Assembly: GCA_002269645.1 (NCBI GenBank)
Contig: NIVC01000440.1
Coordinates: 434,001-498,000 of the forward strand
From: Macrostomum lignano
Lineage: Eukaryota
Length of the DNA: 64,000 bases
Direction of reading: 5' to 3'
Positions 51,168 through 62,400 of this stretch are shown here, one piece after another. Position numbers and translations under genes: made by a program. The notes below the pieces were generated by a model that was given only the letters and a program-made list of their open reading frames with translations, searched no databases and was not told where the DNA came from. How positions within the stretch are numbered: position 1 is the stretch's first letter; each line of letters starts with the position of its first letter.

Positions 51168-51839
51168 TCTGAAGTGAAAGCACACAAAGTAAATTGAATA
51201 AAACTACCTAGTAACTCAGCAAGCTACTTGAATTCTAGAAAAAATACAGAAAGACAACGAAATATTGCAAAAAACAGCTTTAGGTTTCTAAACAGGAAAC
51301 TTTTTTTAAACTAACAAGGAAGAAGATCAGCTGACTACCAAACGGACAGGAAAGGGTGTTTACGTCTTTCTAAGAAATTTGTGCTTAGCAAATTGTGAGT
51401 GGGCTTATTAAATTGGAAATATTCCTAAGATACAGTCAGCGTACACCAGCTCTAAGTTAAAAGTAATTTTCTTTGTATTCATAAAAAACTTTTACAATTT
51501 GTATGCTCTAAAAACAATCAAGGGTTTTTTAAGTAAAACGTGTGAAACTTTTTGACATCATTTGTTTTAAAATCAATCGTAAATTCCTAAATATAACTCG
51601 CTAAAATTTTAAATGCATAAATGCATTTTTTCATTTCAAATTTTAATTATTTAGAATTAACACTCGTGCATACAATTGTGTGTACTTAGGTTTTAAAGCT
51701 ACCTGTTCCAGTAAAGTACTTACTAAGTTACTACTGGATCCAAAATAGTTCTAAATTTCATGATTTATAGTCTCCTACGAGTCCCGTGATTGCTATATCT
51801 GCAATTGTAACATGCAGTGTATGTAGTCCCCCCTGATCA

Positions 51840-52500
51840 ATATCGTTTATATCCGCCGTAAGCGTAACCCGCCCGAAGCGGGATCCGCCACAATAGCACC
51901 CAAATACACAGAATCCGCCTAGCCCGCATTACATGTACATGATGGCTCAACAAAAACATGTGTACAGTATGAACATGTAATCTATAATCTGTAGACATAC
52001 AGTGTATTACAGAATCCACCGGCCTATGATTACCCGCGGTTGGTTCCGTACCCATGCTAGTTGCAGATTGATGCACAATGTAAGCTTCGCATACTACTTG
52101 TTTCAGTAAATTTTATAGTGACAGCCAGACCAAATTTGACGCGATCGATCTTCACATGTTCACAAAACTCGATCGTTCTCTGTTGCGCACACCCGATTGT
52201 GACTAATTCAGTCACTTTTTACATAGAATTCAAAACTAATGCCACACGCAAAAACAGCGAGTAGTGCGAGAGCGAGGAGAGCCGCAGTCAATCAAAACAC
52301 AAGTACGGGGAAGACAAACGACAAGGAAAGGGGAAGGGAGGCCTTAAGTCTAAATTTATACAGTCAGCCAGTCGCCAAAGTGCACCCGGTCGTGTGCACA
52401 GCTGCAACCTAAAAAACGCAAATTCCACCTGAATCACAATTCACACCAATAGAGAATCCACCCGCGAATACCGAATTTGCCTACACTATTTTATACACAG
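51840..52500 (-). promoter_or_regulatory. CpG-rich region, probable CK1 promoter/5'-UTR exon
   Basis: The CK1 ATG exon begins at an acceptor (51169/51168), so an upstream non-coding exon is needed; CpG density rises here. Confidence 0.4.
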
Positions 52501-53075
52501 CGATAGCGATTAGAAAGGTCGGGGGTTCGATTCTTAACCCACACAGAACAAATTGCAGGTTTTGAGCAAGCCACTAAGCTTGAGGATTAAGGACCTTAAG
52601 GACCACTGTATAGTAGTCGTATATTTCGTATAACAGGCCGTAAAACTCAAAGATCGTGTATTTTTGGAGGCCAATTTCTTAGAAAGAATGCCCCAGGGAG
52701 AAAGGAAGAATTCTTTTTTTTCATCACAACTATAGAGAACATAACAGAGTGACATGCTGTGCATGTTACATATAAATTAAAAGAATAATAATCTTCACTG
52801 CCTCAGATCAAATGCAATCTTTGATTGTGGGATGAAAAAAATATTTTTTCTATCTCCGCAGTGTATTTTTCCCAGGAATTTTAGTTTTACGTCCTGTTAT
52901 ATACTACAGTGGTCCTTGACTTTAGCTCTGAATTGCTTCAGTTCCCAGCTGTAAAATGGGTGCCAGCATTAGCTGGGGTAATTGATGAGTAACTGAACAG
53001 CCGTACGCAGCCTTCAGATGCGGCTGAGCTGTCGGTTGCACCTGTGCCCATTAGGGCAGGGTATACATGTAATAA
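52500..53075 (+). mobile_element. Probable tRNA-headed CORE-type SINE remnant interrupted by a MITE (52598-52917)
   Basis: B-box-like GGTTCGATTC at 52524; CORE-like CCCAGCTGTAAAATGGG at 52944; the insert has 13-bp perfect TIRs AAGGACCACTGTA. Confidence 0.4.
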
Positions 53076-53450
53076 ATTATTCATAATTATTATGGAATCA
53101 AACCATTCAAAGCATTATGGGATATGTGAAGCTTTTTTAATTAACTCACAGGTTAGCGGGCGTCTATAATATTGTTTTAATTATAATTAATTGAGCAAAT
53201 TGAACTCAAGGGACCAAAGAGTTCTACTAAAATTGATTGCGCGTCAGTAAATTTCATGCTGGTCAGATTAATTAGATACAAACACTGGCCAATCAGCAGC
53301 CTTCCCAATCCCAAGGATTCCCAAGGATTTAACTATCATTAATGGCTACCCTCGCCGTTAAATTAATTCCATAAAAAGTCAAACCCTCTTAAAACCCTAT
53401 TAAAACAGTTTAAAAAAATAATAATTAATATATTATCGAATCTGGTTTCC

Positions 53451-56400
53451 ATGGCAACCAAAGAAGAAGATGACGAGTCGCTGATGCGGCAGTTCTGCGG
53501 TTACACTACCGCGCACGGGCTCGGCCGCTTCGGGGCCCAGACTGGCGCCATCGGCCGCGGCCTGTGGATCTGCTTCCTGCTGGGCACCTACGGCGGCTTC
53601 ACTTTCCACATGTACAGCCTCGGCCAGCAGTTCGCCGCGGTGCCTCTGAGAACCAGTCTGAGCACTTCGTTGCCGTTCGAGTTTCCCGACGTGTACTTTT
53701 GCCCGACCGATTTGGTTACTATGAGTCGGGCAAGTCCGCAGGTGAGGCGCTCTGAGGATCGAGGTTGCTATGACAATTTATGCACTGATGTATTTCAACT
53801 GTACGTGTACACAGTAGTTTACAGTAACTGAAGTTCTTGCTGGTGCCCCTTCTGGCTGGCGCCATTGCTGCAGGCGTAGCGCCATATTTTACAACATTCC
53901 AGGTGAACATCAAAGAGCTGACCAGGGCCCTGACCTGCGACACCGACTGCAAGAAGCAGCTGAAATTCGACATCCATTGGAGCCCAGAATCCGGCACGAC
54001 TAGCGCTGCCCAGTATGGACCGGCTGCCCAGGGGCTGCTGCACGTGATCTCGGCAGTTGAGAGCAACATCTCGCAGTCCTTGCACTATGGAAAGAACAGT
54101 GAGGAACCTGCGATTCTGTGATGCTTTTGGCCATGGTGCTGGCGCCCCTGGTGCTGGCGCCCCTGGTGCTGGCGCCCCTGGTGCTGGCGCCCCTGGTGCT
54201 GGCGCCCCTGGTGCTGGCGCCCCTGGGGCTAAAGCCCTTTGTGCATGCATATAAGACAGATAGAGGATAGACAAATAATAAGGCAACAATCATTTCATAA
54301 AATGTGATTAAATTGTGTCAAGTAGGAATAAAAAATAAACCACAGTATATTGCCCAGGATCCCACTATGTACTTCTTAGACACGCGGTAGTAGCAACGTT
54401 CTAGTATTACTTAGTTATTTTCACTTGCGGTTATTTTAGCCTCTGTCAGCACCTGCCGTACAACACTTGGCGGAGAAGAGTACATAGGAAACTTGTCCAT
54501 CGTACATCTGTTCGGCACCGCCCAGGTCAGGGAACCAGTGTCCGACATCAATAATCTGCCAAAAATTGCTCCCTACTTGTCCACCGCTAACTGCATCGGC
54601 TGGAATTCTGCGGCCAGGGAGCTTCAGGCCGCTGGGGTGCCGCTGGCAGCTCAAATCTTGGCCATGGGCTACTCCGAGGACGACAGCAAGTGCAGGCAGC
54701 CCCGCGGTTTGCCACTGAAGAGTTTTCAAGATAATTCCACTCGTGAGTGAGCCTTTTTCAGCCTGTAAAAATAACTGAGATTGCGATTAATAGCCTATGC
54801 TTTAGGATTGCATGTTTTTGTGAGGGTGCAGGCTAGGAAAGATATTTGTCGTCAATGTACACTCATTGGGGATACAGAAATTGAGGTTTGTGCGCTGGAG
54901 AATGAGTCACCAATGTACACTCATTGGGGGTAGAGAAATTGAGGTTTGTGCGCTGGAGAATGAGTCACCAGTGTACACTCATTGAGGGTAGAGAAATTAA
55001 AGCTTGTGAGTCACCATAGAGAATGATTCACCATATTCCAGACCAGATGCACCTGTACGTTGGCTGTCTGGATAAAAATGCGAGTGCAGCGGACTTTCCG
55101 CACCTGTGCCTGCAAGATCCATACGGTTGGATGAATCACGAGCGCTGCGCGGAGTGCTGCTACGTGGCCAATTACACCTACATGGCTCTGCACGGTGACC
55201 AGTGCCTCTGCGGTGAAGAGGTCAGCAATGTCACCGCGCTGTCCCTTAGCGACTTCGCTTGCAGCCGGAAGTGCCGGGGAAATATCGCCGAAGCCTGCGG
55301 CGGAGACGCTGCCGCGATTGTCTATCAAGTTCGGAGCTCAGGTGCGATTTGGCGGTTTAATGCGAGTGGGCTGATCAGTATGTTGGGTGAATGGAAGAGA
55401 GTGAATGTTCATGAGTTCTGTAATGAGTTCATGGGTGAGTTCATGGGTGAGTTCATGAGTGAGTACATGAGTGAGTTCATGCGTGAGTTATTGAGCCAAA
55501 AAAACACACCAAAGCCTCCAACCCGATTCGGGCAGGTTCCAACCCGCTGTTCATTCCTTTCCGAGCTTCAATCGACAGTTTCAACGAAGGCCCTTACTGC
55601 TTCTATAGAGGCAACAGCGGACAGCTGTCAGCCACCTACTGCAACGTACCGTTCTGTCGTAAGCCTTTACTAGCTACTGTAGTAGATTGTATCACACTGT
55701 AGTAGACTGTATCACACTGTAGTAGACTACATCGCACTGTAGTAGACTGTATCGCACTGTAGTAGACTGTATCGCAAAGAATACGTTGTATTTCGACTAA
55801 AATTAAATTTCATTTTTTTGTTAATCTTTCACCAGCGATCTCGCCCGGGTTTGACTGTTTGGCATTAAATAGCGAGGACCAGGTGAGCAGCGGGGAGTAC
55901 CTGCGCTACACTGGCTACAAGAGCCTCACCAACACCAAGGACTCCTGCATTGACTGGACTGCGATGCGACAGGCGCTTCTTAACGGCTCTCGGACCTTCC
56001 GCTTCGATGCTGAACCCTCCATCCTGACTGGTGAGCGCTGGTAGACCTTCAATGCATTCCACTGCACCGCCGTGTTAGACTTCCTGACACATCTTTTAAT
56101 TAGTTCAGATATCCTGAAGCACCCCGAATTCTGGAATACTGACACATACTGTGACTGTCTGACACACAGCTGCCATTCTGTGACTGACACACAGCTGTCA
56201 TCCCGTGACTGTCTGACACACAGGTGTCATCCCGTGACTGTCTGACACACAGCTGTCATCCCGTGACTGTTTGACACACAGCTGTCATCCCGTGACTGTC
56301 TGACACACAGCTGTCATCCCCTGACTGTCTGACACACAGCTGTCATCCCGTGACTGTTTGACACACAGCTGTCATCCCGTGACTGTCTGACACACAGCTG

Positions 56401-59400
56401 TCATCCCATAACTGTCTGACACACAGCTGTCATCCCGTGACTGTCTGACATACGCCCCCCTTCCAGTCAATATCCTTGATGTGTACATCGAAACCCCGGA
56501 CTTCGAGCTGTACAACTACGTATCGCGCCGGGTCTGCCGGGTTTTCAGATGTTTTGACGCAAAAAACGCAAATTATACTACTATCTGAAAATGAAGTAAG
56601 TAGTATACGAAAACGCTATCCTAAGCGTGATATATGGCAATATGTAGTCGTAATAATCCATGTGCTCATATATGTACATTAATTCCATGTACATTAATCC
56701 CTATCTATCTCAAATTGGATATGTACATTAATTCCATGTACATTAATCCCTATCCCAAATTGTCTATCCCCAATTCTATATGTACACTCACATTAATCTA
56801 CAGTGTCATCCCCAGACGGTCTGAGCGCGCACCAAAATTACATGTACAATACTACATGTACGCAGAGGCGAGAATTACTAATCTCATCTACTACCAAATG
56901 AGTCAACTAACAGTGTAGCGTACATCATGTATAAGTATTTACAATGAAGATATATTTACATTTAATCAGTAGCATATTACAGGAATCGAGACATGTACAC
57001 CATCACCAGCAAATAGAATATACAGAAAATTTTACATTGTTTTTCAATAATTTTCTCTTCATAAATGATTTTAAACCTCTCCCAAGTCTGCCCCCCAAAT
57101 GCAGGACTGTGTTGAAGCAGTGCTTTATATTTCTATTGACAGTGGGTATGATACAAGAAGCTTCGTCGCGCTTTAATTACAGTAAACCATCCCCTCGAAG
57201 CTCCTATACTGAATGCTGAATCACCCTTTAACTCGGACCATAGTCAAATTCAACCCTGTTCGAAAACAGCCACCCCTCCGATGTTCACCAGACTCGTCTT
57301 CACAGCGCAGACCCCATAGCAAAATCGAGCTAAATTTTAACACTCGCCCCTGTTCTCTCTGTCCCCCTTCTAAATGCCAAGGAATTTCGACCCTCTCTTC
57401 ATTTTCAGTGTACAGACAGATCTTTCCACAGCACAGACCATATATTAAACTTCAAAACCCCTCTCTTCTCCGATTACGTCATCCATGCCGCCCCAGATAG
57501 CAAGAAACCAACTTTTAATGCACACATCAACCCCCGCGAGCAAATCCGAGTCCGCCAACCTCTACCTGCATTGACAAACCCCAGCTGCATTTGTAAATGT
57601 ACACAGCCTATGAATCAGTGTCTCCACCGCATGCAATTCTGATTTACTTGATCTAAACTTTGTAAGTAGTATAAGTCACCCTTGCGTTTACTAGAAGTAG
57701 TGAAGTCCACAAATTTAAATACGTGAGGCTATTCAATTCTGCCTCTCCGCCTCCCCTACCTTCTCACTTCAAGCTTTCAGACTTGGTCTTTGAGACGGTC
57801 GGTTTAATCTGTTAGAAGCAGGAATGAATCATGCACTGACCTCTCCATACAAAGTAAAGTTGGAATTTCAGACAAGAAATTTGGTTATTTTAAAAGCTAA
57901 ATGACTAGAAATGCACATTTTTTCATTAAAATGCAGCTTTTTACAGTTTTTTTACGATTTTAACCTTAAAATGCAGACTTTGTTGATCAAAATCAGTAGT
58001 TTCATCACTAGAAACCATACTTTCAACAGCTAATTTGTCCAAATGTCGCTTTCAACTTGACCTTAGACAGCTTTTAAGCAGGAATGAACCCCACACAAAC
58101 ATCCACAAGCCAGCCCAAAATCAGCCAAAGACATGGCTATTGAAGCCTAAATTGCTAGAAATGCACATTTTTTCAGAAGAAAATACAATTTTTCACAGTT
58201 TTTATGCATTTTTTACGTTAAAATGCAGACTTTATTGATCAAAATCAGTAGTTTCATCACTAGAAACCATACTTTCAACAGCTAATTTGTCCAAATGTCG
58301 CTTTCAACTTGACCTTAGACAGCTTTTAAGCAGGAATGAACCCCACACAAACATCCACAAGCCAGCCCAAAATCAGCCAAAGACATGGCTATTGAAGCCT
58401 AAATTGCTAGAAATCATGTCCTGTGTTACGACACTGCCTAGCAACCGTATAATTTTATTAATACATGAACTAGCACTCCTATTTTACATTCATTGAGAGG
58501 CGGCGGCAGCGGGTGGAGGGTGGCCAGACCGTGACTGTGCGCAGCACAGTCCCTGTCTCTACTGCCGCCTCCGCCCGCTGCCGCCGCCTCTCAATGAATG
58601 TAAAATAGGAGTGCTAGTTCATGTATTAATAAAATTATACGGTTGCTAGGCAGTGTCGTAACACAGGACATGCGTTTTTCTGTAAAGTAATAATAACCCC
58701 ACCATTAATATAGACAGTTGGTCGTGTAAACGAATAATTTGAAAGTTTAGTCTATGTTTTACAAAATGTCTCTATGAAAACTCATCTTCCTACTGACAGT
58801 AGAGTTTGCAAAAATCAGTTCTTGGAAGAATGCGACATTTTCGTGAAAATATTTAAACTGCTATATTGGGCCTATGACAGATTTTTATTGAGAAACTATC
58901 GTCATTTCCACAGAGAAAGATAAACATGTGAAGCTTTCGTGAAGATTACATCTTCATACTACGGGTGTCAAATTTTCCTGTATTTGACTGAACGTACGTG
59001 CATTTAGTCATAGTCGGGGGAGTACTTCAACCATTTCTCAGGTTTAAATCGGCTGCCGCTTGCATATGTACATCACATGTAAATGAACATGTGGTAAATC
59101 TGATGAGGAACTATGCATACATGCGCGAGTTGCCCGGAAAGAGCTGAGATTGATAGATAATGAAAAATCAGTAGGAAAGAGAGAATGAGGCTGCGTGACC
59201 ACCCACCCCATTATCCTGTCTTTCCGTTGCATGGCAGCACGTAATTAAATGTGTCAAGTGTACAATTGATTCAATCGATTACTCGTTTATACGCAAAGTA
59301 TCGAGAGAGTTTTTAATTGCATCCAAACTTTCTGACTAATGCATTCGTGTGTTCCAAAGAAGGAGACACTGATTCATAGGGTGTGTACATTGACAAATGC

Positions 59401-62400
59401 AATTACAGCACACATGGTAGGGTTGGCTTTGGTAGACGCGCGGATTTGCTTGGTTCGCATTGTTCATATATGTGCATCGAAATTTTTTTCTTGCTAACTG
59501 CTTCTATGGGGATGTATAGATGATGACGTAATCAGAGATAGGGCTTTGGTTGGGGGAGGCTGGGTCCGTGCTGTGAAAAGATCTGCTTGCTTCGTCAAAA
59601 TGTACATTGGGATTGAGAGAGAGGCCGGTCGAATTTCGTTGACAACTAGAAATGGAAAGGTTTGGTCAGAGAATAGGGGTGTATGTGTGTTTTGGCTTTA
59701 TTCAAAATGGTCTGTGCTGCGAAGACGAGTCCATTGACCATTGGGTGTTTGCTGTTTTGCCAATTCAGTATACTGAACCTGTTAAACTGATTGCCTCATG
59801 AGTCACTTTTCTGGGGTATGTGTAGGAGAGAGAGGCCTGAGAGAGACAAGGGCTCGATTTGGGTGGGTCCTCTGGCTCCATTCGTATTGGCCAATTTGGC
59901 GAATTGGCAAATCTACTTGCATGGGTTAAATTATTGAATATGGTCAGAGTTGAAGAATTTGGGGATGAATCAAGATGTAAAGTTGGCAAAAACAACACTG
60001 ATTCACCACATCTAAAAGATGACTGCTAGGAGCTTCGGAAATAAGACTACTGTACACAGCAGCATCAACAAAAGGTATTAAATTGTCAATCAAAATCGAC
60101 CCGTAGATGTGCGATTTTGCATGGTTTACAGTGTTCATATGTGCATCGAAAAATTTTGTTTCTTGCTAACTGCTCCTATGGGGGAGGTGGATGACGTAAT
60201 CAAGATAGGGTTTTGGTTGGAGGAGGCTCAATATATGAGTCTGTGCTGTGAAAATATCTGTTTATACACTGAAATTGGAGAGGGAGGGTCGGAATTCCTT
60301 GACAGTTAGAAATGGTAAGGTCAGAGAGACAGGGACGAGTGGTTCTGTTCTACATGGGTCTGTGCTGTGAAGACGAGTCTAATATGACCATTGGGTGTTG
60401 GGTGTTTTGCCAATTCCGTAATACACTAAACCTGTCCAGCTGATTGCCGCATGAGTCACTTTTCTCGGTGGGTGCAGAAGGAGAGAGAGAGAGGTCTGGG
60501 AGGGACAGTTTAAATGTCAATCGAAATCAACGGGCCGCTTCGCCGACTGTATATGTTAAAATTATTATAGCTAGGTTTATAGCAAACTGTGCGTTTTAAC
60601 CCAATATTCAAGAATAATCCCTTCCCTGACTTCTTGAGGGGTATTTCATGTACCAAATACATACATTTGAATGATGAAACAGCATTTTTGACGATTAAGT
60701 TGTAAAAATTATGGTTTCTGCTGATGAAGTGATTAATTTTGTTCAATAAAGTCAGCATTTTAACGTTAAAAAGAGTAAAAACTGTGAAAAATTGACAAGC
60801 TTTAAACCAAAATGCGCAAATTTCTAGTAATTTAGCTTTCAATGAAAATGTCTTGGGTGGAATTCCAACTTGGGCCGGGGTGTGCATATGGAGATCAGTG
60901 TGTGACTCATTCCTGCTCGAAAGCTGTCTCTTGCCAACTTTGAAATCAGCATTTGGACAAATTAGCGGTTGAAATTATGGCTTTTGGGATGAAACTACTA
61001 AGTTTGATCAATTCGCATTTCGCATTTTAACGTTAGAAAATAATAAAACTGTGAAAATTGGCCTTTATTAAACGAAAGAATGAGAAATTCTATGAATAGC
61101 TTTAAAAAAACGATGGCTTTAGTGGAAATTGGACTGGCTCGGGTAATCCGTGTGCGATTATAATTCCTGCTCAAAGCTGTCTCAGAGTTCCAGAAGTAGC
61201 ATTTGTGATAATTTTGTGTTAAAATTGTGGTTTTTAGTGATGAAACTACTGATTTTGATCAATAAAGTCTGCATTTTAACGTAAAAAATGCGTAAAACTG
61301 TGAAAATTTGTATTTTCTTATGAAAAAATGCTGATTTCTAGCAATTTAGGCTTCAATAGCCATGTCTTTGGTTGATTCTGGGGTGGCTTGTGGATGTTCG
61401 TGGGGGTTCATTCCTGCTTCAAAGCTGTCTAAGGTCAAGTTGAAAGCGACATTTGGACAAATTAGTTGTTGAAAGTATGGTTTCTAGTGATGAAACTACT
61501 GATTTTGATCAATATAGTCTGCATTTTAACGTAAAAAATGCATAAAAACTGTGAAAAATTGTATTTTCTTCTGAAAAAATGTGCATTTCTAGCAATTTAG
61601 GCTTCAATAGCCATGTCTTTGGCTGATTTTGGGCTGGCTTGTGGATGTTTGTGTGGGGTTCATTCCTGCTTAAAAGCTGTCTAAGGTCAAGTTGAAAGCG
61701 ACATTTGGACAAATTAGCTGTTGAAAGTATGGTTTCTAGTGATGAAACTACTGATTTTGATCAACAAAGTCTGCATTTTAAGGTTAAAATCGTAAAAAAA
61801 CTGTAAAAAGCTGCATTTTAATGAAAAAATGTGCATTTCTAGTCATTTAGCTTTTAAAATAACCAAATTTCTTGTCTGAAATTCCAACTTTACTTTGTAT
61901 GGAGAGGTCAGTGCATGATTCATTCCTGCTTCTAACAGATTAAACCGACCGTCTCAAAGACCAAGTCTGAAAGCTTGAAGTGAGAAGGTAGGGGAGGCGG
62001 AGAGGCAGAATTGAATAGCCTCACGTATTTAAATTTGTGGACTTCACTACTTCTAGTAAACGCAAGGGTGACTTATACTACTTACAAAGTTTAGATCAAG
62101 TAAATCAGAATTGCATGCGGTGGAGACACTGATTCATAGGCTGTGTACATTTACAAATGCAGCTGGGGTTTGTCAATGCAGGTAGAGGTTGGCGGACTCG
62201 GATTTGCTCGCGGGGGTTGATGTGTGCATTAAAAGTTGGTTTCTTGCTATCTGGGGCGGCATGGATGACGTAATCGGAGAAGAGAGGGGTTTTGAAGTTT
62301 AATATATGGTCTGTGCTGTGGAAAGATCTGTCTGTACACTGAAAATGAAGAGAGGGTCGAAATTCCTTGGCATTTAGAAGGGGGACAGAGAGAACAGGGG

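Noticed and set aside
52515-52540. tRNA gene
   Set aside because: Only a B-box-like word; no cloverleaf.
53834-53902. Hydrophobic stretch FLLVPLLAGAIAAGVAP as a signal peptide or extra TM
   Set aside because: The acceptor at 53833/34 is weak and TTCCAG at 53902/03 is better and in phase. Not fully excluded: if used as a start region, the kringle/WSC exons could be a separate gene.
56467-56530. NILDVYIETPDFELY resembling the ASIC pre-TM2 strand
   Set aside because: The rebuilt exon continues into NNFCR (kringle-like), with no GG.LGL.G.S motif, and the thumb domain has not yet appeared.
56634-58496. Duplicated ORFs mirrored at 61509-63113 as a gene pair
   Set aside because: No recognisable domains, AT-rich, several non-ATG starts; they are by-products of the inverted arms.
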